From positions 12,772,001 through 12,836,000 of the forward strand of contig CM022674.1 in the NCBI GenBank assembly GCA_012295275.1: a stretch of 64,000 bases of DNA, in the 5' to 3' direction. The notes below the pieces were generated by a model. That model was not told where the DNA came from. It saw only the letters and a list, made by a program, of their open reading frames with translations, and ran no database searches. Shown one piece after another: positions 28,320-40,095 of the stretch; the first letter of the stretch is position 1; every line of letters begins with the position of its first letter. Origin of the DNA: Chrysomallon squamiferum. Lineage: Eukaryota > Animalia > Mollusca. The position numbers and the translations under genes are program-made.

Positions 28320-29604
28320 GATTTAAGTTCGAGCTCCCCACCCACAACTCCCAGCCCCACAGACTTCAAGTTGGACAAGGACATTGTTAAGCCTGAAGCA
28401 CAGCACCCCAAACCACAGTCACCATTATTTAAACCTCAGCTGTCAGAGTCGAATCTCCGCCCTCTGGCCACGCCTAACAATCAGATCTGTTCACCGTTAG
28501 CCAATCAAATGAGTTCTGAATCATTGTCAGCCAATCCGATTGGTTCAGGAAATATTCCACCAAATCCAATTCACATGCAGCAAGAACAATCAGGAAGTCC
28601 AGCCCCACCTCCAAGTCAGGAGTCATCCAATCAGATTGAGCCGTCAAAGCAGTACGAGCAACCATCCTCCAATCACATTCATTCTCTGAAACCGAAAGAC
28701 ACGCCTCCCATGAATCCCTATCATTCTCCCATCACGTCGGTCAGCAGGACGTTTCAAATGGACCAGTTAAGCAGTCGTGCTCATCAAGAGCAACCTCAGC
28801 CACAACAGCATCAACCACTGCACTTATCTAATCCAATGTCATTTTATTCACCTGACCAATCAAGCAATCCGTCTCATCCTGGAGGTCGAATTGACAGGTC
28901 GACTCCTCCTCCTCCTCCTCCTCCACAGAGTCTGCTGTCCAGTGAGAAAGCCTCAAAGACATTGCCTCCCTCCTCGCTTCCCTTGACCTCGCCTCTCACC
29001 ATCTTCCCTTCAATGTACCCAGCATCCATTCCAGGACCTCACCTATCTCACCCGTCATCCACGAGTCCTCATCCGGTTCCCAGTTTAGTACCAATAAAAA
29101 GCGAGCCCCTCTCCCCCCTCCTGCCCCGCACCTGGGAGGAGACGATTCGCAGGGAGGTGGAGAAGTCGTCTGCTGCCCAGACCGGCATGGACATCAAGCC
29201 AATGATTCCGTTGCCGCCGGAAACGAGGGCCGACAAGTGCGAGGACGTTCGGCCGCTGTTTCCGCACACGGAAGGTGGACCGCCTAGTCTCATCCCATCA
29301 TCCTCTGTGCCGACCCAGGGTCCCCAGGGACCAATGAGGACGTCGACTCCCAACCTGAACCCGTCAGCTCTTCCCAACCTTCCCTCCCAGCCAGCAATCA
29401 AAGGCCCCCTCCTCCTACAATCCCCCTGCTAGCCATGCCCCCCGACGGACCGCTCGGTGCATTCAGACCTGATCTGATGTCGTCGCAGATGGAGAAGGAT
29501 GAAATGAAAATAGGCGGGTCCGATTCCGAGAGGGAGGGGACCCCGAGCCCAGGGCCTGACCCTACACCGTGCAATAGAGAAGTACACAAAAGTAAATCTG
29601 CAGT
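28320..29604 (+). CDS. RERE: RERE large Pro/Ser/Gln-rich exon, containing a 1-nt frame break between 29288 and 29432
   Basis: tttcag|GAT acceptor. The entry frame is open to TAG at 29430-29432. The -1 frame is open from 29288 and gives ..PPPPTIPLLAMPPDG..SPGPDPTPCNREVHKSKSAV|gtgagt, which splices in phase to the next exon. Confidence 0.88.
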
Positions 29605-29996
29605 GTGAGTATTTAAAAAATTTATTCAGAACTTTTTAAAAAAGAAAATTAACTGTTGAAACTTTAGTCATGAATAAACTCAGAATAGTTAATTTATGAA
29701 GCTTTTATTTTTTGTCATACGCATAAAACTGTAGACTTTTGTTTTATGCAGCAGTTACGCTGTTTTTGTAATTTTTAATGTTGTTTTTTTCAACATTTTT
29801 AATGTACAGATAAAATTATTTTACTCGCTGTAACAGTGTGTATTACATCCTTGTATCATACACATGTAATAACAGTGGAGAACTTAAATTGCTAAAGTTT
29901 TTAACAGCATTCAGAATAAATATTTTAATTTATTTTTACTTACTTTTATATTTTAATTTCATTTTTAAACAAACTGATTTTGTTTTCCTATTCCAG

Positions 29997-30147
29997 ATTT
30001 CTGCAGATTCTCAACAGGGGAAGTAACTCCTGTTCTCGCTGTGATTTAATCTTCCGACCTCTGCCTGACTCCAAGTTGAGCAAGAAAAGAGAAGAAAGAG
30101 AAAAGAGATCTTCTCACTCGCTTCCAAAAGAGGAACCTAAATCAGTG
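29997..30147 (+). CDS. RERE: RERE exon, conserved atrophin block (FLQILNRGSNSCSRCDLIFRPLPDSKLSKKREERE...)
   Basis: ttccag| acceptor, GTG|gtatgt donor; phase 2 to 0; resembles RERE RGYNSCARTDLYFMPL..SKLAKKRE. Confidence 0.95.
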
Positions 30148-30695
30148 GTATGTGCTGTGCTTTTCTTAGAATTTTCAGATTAAATATCTTTGTCTTTTTT
30201 TGTTGCATGATACTAATTATATCTAGACTGTCAAATTAATAGTTTTAATATCTAATACTCTGGTTGTAATTGCTTGTTTTGTTGTTTGATAAAAATATGT
30301 GGTTTGTAATGTCCTGCTACATGACATAAATAAATTGTACTTTGTAAATTATCTGCAGTATTTTATCAGAGTTAACTCATCTTACGTAATCTCCTGTCTT
30401 ATAAAATATAACATGGTGATATTTAAAAGCTTATTTATATTGGAAACTCACATCTGTGTTTATGCATGCATGCATGTTTCTTTATAATATATATATATAT
30501 ATATGGATTTTATATCTTTATATAAGTTTGAGATTATATACATGGTAAAATTTATGTCTGTATTTGGGAGTGTATATTGTCTGTTCAAACTTTATCTGTT
30601 GACAGCATGTTTCTGTCTATAGGAGAATGATAAATTCACTGGAACGTTTATTTTTATTTTTATTTTATTTTATTTTAATTTATTATTTTATTTTA

Positions 30696-30805
30696 TTTTG
30701 TTTTGTTTTGTTTTGTTTTGTTTTGTTTTGTTTTGTTTTGTTTTGTTTTGTTTTGTTTTGTTTTGTTTTGTTTTGTTTTGTTTTGTTTTGTTTTGTTTTG
30801 TTTTG

Positions 30806-30832
<27 letters not shown>
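30696..30832. repeat. (TTTTG)n microsatellite
   Basis: Directly visible. Confidence 0.97.
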
Positions 30833-30837
<5 letters not shown>

Positions 30838-31001
30838 TTTTGTTTTGTTTTATTTTATTTTATTTTGTTTTATTTTACATTATTTTATTTTACCATATTA
30901 TATTTTATTTTTTATATTTCATTTCATTTTTTTTTGTTGTTTTGTTTTGTTTTGTTTTGTTTTATTATTGTGTATTATTAACTAATGTTTTGTTTTAACA
31001 G

Positions 31002-31179
31002 AAGCGACTGGAGACTCCTACTCCACCCAGGGCCCACTCCTCCGAACATCGTGTCACTCCTATCAGCACCAGCCAGTCGTCGCACACGCCCTTCACAGAC
31101 AGACACACACCACGCAACATCTACACCGACACCCCAGCACTGCGGCAGCTCAGCGAATATGCAAGACCACACGCAGCAA
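31002..31179 (+). CDS. RERE: RERE exon with Atro-box (..YTDTPALRQLSEYARPHAA)
   Basis: ttaacag| acceptor, GCAA|gtgaga donor; phase 0 to 1; ALRxLSEY is the atrophin motif that binds TLX/Tailless-type nuclear receptors. Confidence 0.95.
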
Positions 31180-31183
31180 GTGA

Positions 31184-31221
31184 GACAGTCTTTTATAACT
31201 TCAAAAATAGTGTGTAAACAG

Positions 31222-31257
<36 letters not shown>

Positions 31258-31945
31258 TTTATAACTGAAAATAGTGTGAAAACAGGACAGACAGACAGAC
31301 AGACAGTCTTTTATAACTCTGAAAATAGTGTGAAAACAGGACAGACAGACAGACAGACAGACAGTCTTTTATAACTGAAAATAGTGTGTAAACAGGACAG
31401 ACAGTCTTTTATAACTGAAAATAGTGTGTAAACAGGACAGACAGTCTTTTATAACTGTGAAAATAGTGTGTAAACAGGACAGACAGTCTTTTATAACTGT
31501 GAAAATAGTGTGTAAACAGGACAGAGAGTCTTTTATAACTCTGAAAATAGTGTGTAAACAGGACAGACAGACAGACAGACAGACAGTCTTTTATAACTCT
31601 GAAAATAGTGTGTAAACAGGACAGACAGTCTTTTATAACTGAAAATAGTGTGTAAACAGGACAGACAGTCTTTTATAACTGAAAATAGTGTGTAAACAGG
31701 ACAGACAGTCTTTTATAACTGTGAAAATAGTGTGTAAACAGAACAGAGAGTCTTTTATAACTTCAAAAATAGTGTGTAACAGGACAGACAGACAGTCTTT
31801 TATAACTCTGAAAATAGTGTGTAAACAGGACAGACAGTCTTTTATAACTACAAAAATAGTGTGTAAACAGGACAGACAGCAGGACAGACAGTCTTTTATA
31901 ACTCTGAAAATAGTGTGTAAACAGGACATACAGGACAGACAGACA
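31184..31945. repeat. ~38-55 bp minisatellite (acagtcttttataact..gaaaatagtgtgtaaacagg) with internal variable (GACA)n
   Basis: About 17 copies, starting 4 nt after the donor GT at 31180. Confidence 0.95.
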
Positions 31946-32250
31946 AAAATAGAGATGTAAAAATTAATAACAATATTTTATATATCCAGATAAGTATAAA
32001 CATATATGACAAATCAGACTGAAATAAAATATACACTTATATACATGCAAGCATACACACACTCAAAATGGCTATAAATAAAAAAAATTATAATTGTCCA
32101 TATAAACAATTGTATCTATAACTTCAGCAAGACAGTTATATTTATAGTACAATGAAAATTTAAATGTTTATTAAAAAAATAAGATTAAAATAAAATTTGA
32201 TGTTTTAATTTCTCATCAGCTAACAGAAATTTAAATTTGTACATCTGCAG

Positions 32251-32362
32251 GTCAGGACATTCCGAGGTCTTTGCCGTATAATCTGTCGTCTGTACATCCC
32301 CATGTTGACCCCATGTTGATGGGTTACAGACTGGGCATGTACGCGCCAGGGTCCAGGGAAAG
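32251..32362 (+). CDS. RERE: RERE exon (SQDIPRSLPYNLSSVHPHVDPMLMGYRLGMYAPGSRER)
   Basis: ctgcag| acceptor, AG|gtaact donor; phase 1 to 2. Confidence 0.9.
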
Positions 32363-32378
32363 GTAACTCTTCAGTTTT

Positions 32379-32423
<45 letters not shown>

Positions 32424-32464
32424 GTTTCCTCTGGCTTGGTTTAAAATTCCTTCTGTGATGAATA

Positions 32465-32515
<51 letters not shown>

Positions 32516-32754
32516 AAAAAGAAGAAAAAATAACACAGGAAAATGAATCTTATTAAAATAATAAAAGAATAGTTTAAAAAAAATATTAAATATAACAAAT
32601 AATTAAAATAATTATTAAGCACCTAAAATATATTTAGATGTTATCCCATTTTTATATTTAGTTTGCTGCAACATTCATTGGCTATTTTTAAATGAATGGT
32701 GATGATGATGCAAATATTTAAACATTTACATTTTGTTAATATTCTTCTTATGAT

Positions 32755-32978
32755 CAATAATGAAGTTTATTAATACAGGACTTATGATCACTAGTGAATG
32801 TTATTAATACATCGTGTACGATAATTAATAAATATTATTAATGTAGGACATATGATCACTAGTGAACATTATTAACATAGGACCTATGATCACTAGTGAA
32901 TGTTATTAATGTAGGACCTATGATCACTAGTGAACGTTATTAACGTAGGACCTGTGATCACTAGTGAATGTTGTTGAC
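32755..32978. repeat. 34-bp minisatellite (taggacctatgatcactagtgaatgttattaatg) containing palindrome TCACTAGTGA
   Basis: 5-6 copies, period 34 (32878, 32912), ending ~20 nt before the acceptor. Confidence 0.92.
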
Positions 32979-32997
32979 ATGTTGCTGTGTTTTTAAG

Positions 32998-33113
32998 ACT
33001 TGAGCTGGAACTGGAAATGGACAAGAGGGAGAGAGATGCGCGGGAGAGAGAGCTACGAGAACGTGAGTTACGCGAGATGGAGTTCCGTGAAAAGATGGAC
33101 ATGAAACCGCCAG
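32998..33113 (+). CDS. RERE: RERE exon with RE dipeptide repeat (LELELEMDKRERDARERELRERELREMEFREKMDMKPP); alternative donor at 33134
   Basis: ttttaag| acceptor; CAG|gtatgc donor, or TAG|gtaggg 21 nt later; phase 2 to 1. Confidence 0.92.
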
Positions 33114-33808
33114 GTATGCCAGGATCGAAACTAGGTAGGGTGGTGTCTGATTTGACAGTTCTCTTTGTCAGAATGAAACAGATGTAAAACAAGAATGAGA
33201 TAGAATGTTTTATTTGTAAAGGATTTAAAAAAAAAAAAAAATTAAAAATTAAAATAATAAAAAATTAAAATGGTGTCATATCTGAACTGATCGAGTAATT
33301 TTTGTCTTTGTAAAATGATGAAATATTGATAGTGATGATGATGATGATGATAGTAATGATGATGAAAAATTTAAAATAGAATGATACCTGAATTGTAAAA
33401 TGAGGGGTTGGGAAAATGAAAATGAAAATAAATAAATAAGGAAAAATAAAAATGGTGTCTGAATTAAATGGATGTTCATGTCTTTGTAAAATAGAATTTA
33501 AAAACCGTAACTGAAGTTAAGAATGTTGACTGAACTGAAAGAATGTTGATATCTTTTTACTGACTGGAAATGTAGATAAACTATAGAACGTCTGCTTAGT
33601 GTGTACCTTTGTTCTATGTGAAGTAAATTTATTTTATTTTAAAGTATTGAGTATGGGTTCTGTGTGAAGTAAACATATTTTAAAATAAGAGCCTGAGTAA
33701 TAAGTAATTTGTAATTAAAAGATTAAAACAATAAAGTTTAATAAAAGCAATTCATTGTTTTGACAATACTTCACAAATAACTGTTGTAAACTTTATTTGA
33801 TTTATGAT

Positions 33809-33859
<51 letters not shown>

Positions 33860-34056
33860 TTAAAGTGAAAAATATTTTCAAGAATACTTTTTACAAGTTC
33901 AGTTTTGCCAAAATTAACTTTTCACTTCCAGTTTGCCTATTTGAATTACTGATCTTCATTTTGGCATCATTAAATTTAATTCAAAATTTTTTTTAGACTC
34001 TGAAACTCTCAGCCATTTTAATTTTGATCTAAGAGATTTTTATTTTTTACTTTCAG

Positions 34057-34269
34057 GACTGGAGAGGTTGATACCCCCAGGGGCTAATCCTCTTGACCCA
34101 CAGTGGCTGGAACTACAGAGGCGGTTTGGGGGAGGTATGCCATCAGGGGGCCTTGTCCCCATCCAGGGGGGCGGTCACCCTGGCAACCCCCATATTCCAG
34201 GTGTCTACCCCCCTTCTAGTCTGGCTAGTGACCTGATGGCAAGAGAGAGAGAAAAACAAGATCGTTTAG
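34057..34269 (+). CDS. RERE: RERE exon (GLERLIPPGANPLDPQWLELQRRFGGG...REREKQDRL)
   Basis: tttcag| acceptor, TAG|gtgagt donor; phase 1 to 1. Confidence 0.92.
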
Positions 34270-34449
34270 GTGAGTGATTTAAAACTTTTGTTTTATCTTG
34301 TTTGTTATGTTTTTTTTCAGGTTTGTTGCTGTTTTGTGAAATTGGTTTAACGATTTTTTTAATAATTTTTTTTGATGGTTTAGGTTTGTTCAGTTTAGGA
34401 AATTTTATAATAAATAAAAAAAATTTAAATTAATTTTATAAAGGAAACT

Positions 34450-34598
34450 ATTTTAGATTTAATTTCACAATAAAACAGAATTTGGTTTTTGTTCCTATTA
34501 AACTGTAAAATAAAAGGGAATTTTAGATTTAATTTCACAATAAAACAGAATTAGTTTTTTTGTTCCTATTAAACTGTAAAATAAAAGGGAATTTTAGG
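34450..34598. repeat. ~70-bp tandem duplication
   Basis: ttttagatttaatttcacaataaaacagaat...aactgtaaaataaaagggaattttag occurs twice. Confidence 0.9.
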
Positions 34599-36135
34599 AA
34601 AATAAATTTTTTACAGTGATTTTTATCTCAAGAGGGAAAAGAAAATGTCAATGAATGTATAGCTGAAAATTATGAAAAAGTTTCGGTCTGTTTTTTAAAC
34701 CCTGGAAAGAAGACAAATTCAAAAGCAAAATATTTTGAGATTTAAATATATTTATTGATTTTCAGTTTTAGCAGAGATAATGAATCACTAATATTTATAA
34801 TAAAACAATAAGTATGTGATATTGTTTAAAAAAAAAAAAAAAAAGTTTGGTTATCTAGAGAATAAACATTTGATCCTTTAATAATTGGAACAAAAGAGAA
34901 AAAGAAAATCAGAAGAAAAGAACTCTTTTTTTAATGTAAAATATTTATTTATTTATTTATTTATTTTAAATTTATAAATGAATAAGTAAATACAAATTTT
35001 AAGAGTTAGCTGTACTGGAATTGGAATTTTTCAAACTGGATCTTTGAAAATGGAGGTAAAAAAAACTTTACATAATAAAAAACTGTTAGAAAATATCTAG
35101 TTTATCTTCTGGTTTTTTTTTTTATACGGTTGACTACAACATATACTGACAAATGTATGCATTAAAACAAATTAAGAGTTTCACAAATTTGATTTGGCAT
35201 AATCATGTCATGAGAGAAGATTCACTTCTTGGGCTATTCTTATTAATTAGCAATAAGAATCTTATGTAAGTAACAAGTTATACACATGAACACACAAACT
35301 GTTTAATTTGATAAACAAGTTTGAAGAGGTTGGGTGGAACTGGAAATGTACCTTGAAAAACCATTTAATTAGCAAAAAAATATAAGAAAGAAAGAAAGCC
35401 CCCTCACACACACATAATATTAATTTGAATATTACACACATTAATTTTGTATATAACACACAGTAAAGAGTGTGCAAACAATATTTCTTAAGTCTACCAG
35501 GGTTAAAAGTATTTCAGTTTGAAATAGATATTCATTAGTTTTTGTTTGCTCATGAAAAAAAGAAGATTAAAATTGTATTTTCTGTTAAGAATGATCTTTA
35601 ATGTGAATGATTCAAAAATGTATGATGATGATAACTTAGATGATTTGTTCAACTTGCCTGGATCCAACCACCCAACTTTGTAATGATACAACAGACAAAT
35701 TTGGTGTGAACGTCAGTATGTGTAATCAAATCCATGCACATCCATGTGTGGTAATGCACATGCATTTAGTAGTATATTTGTGTTTATATATGTCTTTTGC
35801 ACAATATTTATTAGCTATTTGTAAATCATAATGACATTTTTTTTATTTTCAATTTATCATTACAGTAGAATGTAGAACATGTGAAAAATATATATATATA
35901 TCATTTGATTTATTTTGATATAAAAATAAAAAAAATTTAAAAAAAAATAAAAAATATTCTTAACATTTATCATTTTTAATTGGTTATCACCAAGAAATAC
36001 TTAAAAGTGTAACATAAATTTATTTCCAACGTCTGGCTTCTGAAATCACATGTATGTGAATTAGTTACGTCTCACCTGTGTGTGTTTATCAGTGGAACAA
36101 ATGATATCGAAAAGCATACCTAATGTGTTGTTTAG

Positions 36136-36417
36136 GCCTGCCAGCAAGCTCGCCGTTTTTGACGGGAGAACAGGTGTACCAGCGAGAGATGGAGAGGGTG
36201 TCGGCCGAGAGATTCCAGGCAGAGAGAATCGCCAGTGACCCCGTGCTGCGCATGCAGATGGCTGCAGCTATGCATGCGCACATGCACACGCACGCCCACT
36301 CCCACACACACCTTCATGTCCACCCCCAGGACGGGTTCCCGTGGAGTGGGTCGGGAACTGGACCCCCGACGTCGGCGTCGCCAACGTTTCCACACTTGTA
36401 CCCTCCCTTTAATCCAG
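36136..36417 (+). CDS. RERE: RERE exon with His-rich atrophin motif (..ERFQAERIASDPVLRMQM..HTHAHSHTHLHVHPQD..)
   Basis: gtttag| acceptor, CAG|gtaagc donor; phase 1 to 1; resembles RERE AERVASLTSDPLARLQM..HSHLHLHQQD. Confidence 0.94.
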
Positions 36418-36889
36418 GTAAGCCCTGCTAGGTGGCGCTGTAATCTCTAACAACCATCTTTTTCAAATTGTCGTTACAGATATTCTTCAAAACGATCAGT
36501 TGAGTGGAAGAATGATTTACCAAATATACTCCCAACGTCTAAGTAGCGAAACAGTCTACATGCAAAGAGTATCGAATGACTCTTACCTACGTGCAAAGAC
36601 AGATAGAAGCCAAGTAGACCCATCGCATTTGGCTTTTCAATTTTCTAGTAAGTTTCGTTCCCCCAAAAATAAATCAGCAAGCAAAACTAGTTTTTTTTTA
36701 AATTCATTTGCGTCCTTGTTTATCCCCCTTCAAAAAAAAAGTTTAAAATAAAAAAAAAAAATAAAAATGTAAATAGAAAATTCAAAAAAATAAAACTTAA
36801 TATTTCATTAATTTTCATTATATTTCAGTTTAAATTTGTTTCATTTTTCCTCCCCCTTTTGGAATTATATTTAGAAAATAATTTTAACC

Positions 36890-36920
<31 letters not shown>

Positions 36921-37011
36921 AAAAAAAAAAAAAAAAATAAATCATTTTATATGTATATCATCCTTTTATTTTAAAGTTTATTTTCTTTGATTTAAATATT
37001 AAACTTTTGGG

Positions 37012-37043
<32 letters not shown>

Positions 37044-38869
37044 AAAATGAAAGAAAAAATTGTTTCAATATTTTTAAAATTAAATTCCTGCCTTTGTCTT
37101 AATTGCATGTGTCAAATATTTCCAGGTAGTTGTGTTGTAGAAAAGCTTTTTTTTTTTTTAAAAATAATTTTATTTCTTATTTGTTCATTGATTTCAAATG
37201 TTGATCTCACATGTGCATTTACTGATGAAATTTGCTGATGAATAAATTCGAAAATTGGGAATCTTCTGAACTTAAATGATTTGAAATGTAAATGAGTTGT
37301 CTGAAATAACAAAGAAAAAAATGGTTGTTCGCAGAAAGACTGCGGCTGTCATTGCAGGCTATAGCATTCTTTCTCTCTTCTCTTTGCAAAATTAACTTCA
37401 GTTTACAGAAAAAAAAAGCCTTGGCTTTGTAAGATTTGTTTATCCTGAGATCTCAGATTTTGAGAAAAAATTAGGAAAAGCTCGCCAAGTATAAATTAAT
37501 TCATGAAATGTTTTAAAGGTTATTGACCTGAATTGTTTCATGAACTGAGTTACTTCATGAATTGTATTAAAGGTTGTTAAACCTGTGGTATTTCTTGAAG
37601 TATGTTTATTTTAAATATTGTAAATGATATCAGTGGTTGGTAACCTAAATTGATTTCATGAATTATATTGGAACTTGTTAATTAAACTTATTTGCCGAAC
37701 TATTTTAAAATTATTTACGTAAATTATTTTGTGAATTATATTTAAATTTATTAATATGTATTCATGAATTTTTAGGTTATTAACCTAACTTATTTCATGA
37801 ATTATAGTTCATAATTACCTAACTTATTTTATGAATTACATTAAAGGTTATTAGTCCAAATTATTTTATGATATATTTTGACAACTAACATCGTAAAACA
37901 TTTCAATCTATTTGTTCTTGTTGAAACAATATACTGACATCTGACATGTAGAATATTTAATATAATACACACCTAGTAAAAAAAATATTTTTCTTACTGG
38001 ATATATTTGATGTACATATTCTGTGTGGTTTATATACCTTCAAAAAAGAAAGTTATCAGTACAATCTATTGATACAGTGCTGTAATATTCAGTTAGAATA
38101 AACCACTGTTTTATGCAGTAGAGGAAAGATTATGGAACTGTTGAAATGAGATAAAATAATTAAATTTTCTAAGTGCTCAGAAATTATTCTTAAAGTCTTA
38201 AGCGATTGAAAAAATTAAGAAAAAAAATATCTTTAAAAAAAAGGAGAAATATTATATTTGGCTGTTTCATAAAATCAAGACTTAATTGGCCATTCATATT
38301 TATTAAACTTCTGTAATGTACTGCAAATATTGAATATTTTTAGTTTAGTAAAATATTTAATAAGCTATATTAAGGTTTATTTATTAACATGACAGTTTTA
38401 AGAGCTGTTTCAAAGTATATTAACCTTTAGTATAATTTCATGAAGTGACTTCATTTATTGACCTTTATATTTACGTTTGAATGGACAATTCTGAAGAATA
38501 TTCACCATTAATATTCATGAAATACTAAAGGTTATTAACCTTGTACTGGTTCATGAATTGTATTAAATATAATTAACCCATGAATATTATTAGGTTATCA
38601 GTTAGTATTACCATTAGTACTATATCACAATCTTCAAATTAATTTTTCCTGGGTCAGCATTGTTTCAAAACTGTTGTTGTACTGTATAACTTGTATCAAA
38701 ATTTATAACCTTTGAGGTCTTTTTACTGTTAGCCAGTACTATAATTCATGACTGTAAGACCAATACAGCAATTTCATTTCATTTATTATAAATTAACTTT
38801 AAACTATTATTACACACTTACCTCCTGAACAGTGTTTTAATATTTTCTTTATTACAAATTTGTTTGCAG

Positions 38870-39093
38870 GAGCTGATCCCATGTCCAGTATTCTGGGTCC
38901 AAGCGCAACAGCTGCTGCTGTAGCTGCAGCAGCCGCATCGTCATCAGCTGCAGGGTCGTCAGTACCACACCCACTGTCGTGCCTACCCCCTGGTATGGCC
39001 CCACCTCATGTGTTGCCTGGCAGTCGAGAACATGAACTGTTGCAAAGAGAGCTTTACAGTCGAATGTATGTTGACCCAGCAATAGCACACCAG
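38870..39093 (+). CDS. RERE: RERE exon (GADPMSSILGPSATAAAVAAAAAS...REHELLQRELYSRMYVDPAIAHQ)
   Basis: ttgcag| acceptor, CAG|gtaaac donor; phase 1 to 0. Confidence 0.92.
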
Positions 39094-39439
39094 GTAAACT
39101 AGTTTTATTTTATTATCTTTATTTTATTATCACTAATATCTGTTTCTTACTGAAAAGACTATCCTTGAAATTTCTGTTTCTGATCTTGCCGGGCCATTTA
39201 TTCATGTAAGTTAATAATTCTTCATCCATCCATTCATTATTTCTATTTTGTTGTTGTTCTTCTGTTCATTTTCATACTGCAAAATTTTATTTATTTATTT
39301 TTCATTCATTCAATCTTTACTGATTTGAATATTATTTATTTTTGTTTCATTTCATTTCATTTTATTTATTTTATTTATTATTCATTTATTCATTAATTTT
39401 CTTATTCATTCTTTTATTGATTCACATCTTTATAGTAAA

Positions 39440-39992
39440 AATTTTTTTATATATTTATCTAAATATCTATTTATTTACTTATTTTATTCACTTATTTTAC
39501 TTGTTTGTTTATTTATTTATTTACTTGTTTATTTATTTACTTATTTACTTGTTTATTTACTTTACTTATTTATTTATTTTACTTGTTTATTTATTTATTT
39601 ATTTACTTGTTTATATATTTACTTATTTATTTGTTTATTTACTTTACTTATTTATTTGTTTACTTATTTACATATTTATTTATTTACTTATTTGTTTATT
39701 TATTTATTTATTTATTTATTGTTTATTTATTTGTTTACTTATTTGTTTATTTATTTATTTATTTACTTATTTGTTTATTTATTTACTTGTTTATTTATTT
39801 GTTTACTTATTTATTTATTTATTTGTTTACTTATTTGTTATTTATTTATGTATTTATTTATTTATTTATTTATTTACTTGTTTATTTATTTGTTTACTTA
39901 TTTGTTTATTTATTTATTTATTTGTTTACTTATTTGTTTATTTATTTATTTATTTATGTATTTATTTATTTATTTATTTATGTATTTATTTC
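39440..39992. repeat. Compound (TTTA/TTAC/TTTG)n microsatellite abutting the last RERE acceptor
   Basis: Directly visible; source of spurious FIYL-rich ORFs. Confidence 0.95.
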
Positions 39993-40002
39993 TGTATTTC
40001 AG

Positions 40003-40095
40003 TTGTCAGCGCAGGCTCATCAGGAAGCCTTGCAGAGACAGTTTGCCATGGATCGGGAGAGATATGGAGCCACCGGTCACCTCCCCCCACACTGA
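40003..40095 (+). CDS. RERE: RERE terminal coding exon (LSAQAHQEALQRQFAMDRERYGATGHLPPH*)
   Basis: tttcag| acceptor, phase 0, TGA at 40093-40095; resembles the atrophin C-terminal AMHAQSAELQRLAME block. Confidence 0.92.
   Translation: MSAQAHQEALQRQFAMDRERYGATGHLPPH

Larger units (their letters stand above)
19195..40095 (+). other. RERE: Atrophin/RERE gene, 3' portion (14 coding exons, ~1138 aa in window; 5' BAH/ELM2/SANT exons lie upstream of window)
   Basis: Hand-spliced exons have GT-AG boundaries and matching phases at every junction. Motifs [80 protein letters not shown] and HSHTHLH match the atrophin/RERE family from memory. Summed exon length is 3416 nt, one short of a multiple of 3 (frame break in the big exon). 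Confidence 0.96.

Noticed and set aside
28474-29589. Antisense and alternate-frame ORFs over the large RERE exon
   Set aside because: Expected shadows of GC-rich coding sequence; no motifs or splice support.
36890-37041. Long A runs as retroposon tails
   Set aside because: No SINE/LINE body or target-site duplication recognised; A/T runs are ubiquitous in this window.
19195-40095. RERE as a pseudogene
   Set aside because: A single lesion near a homopolymer, with 13 other intact, phase-consistent exons, argues against decay.
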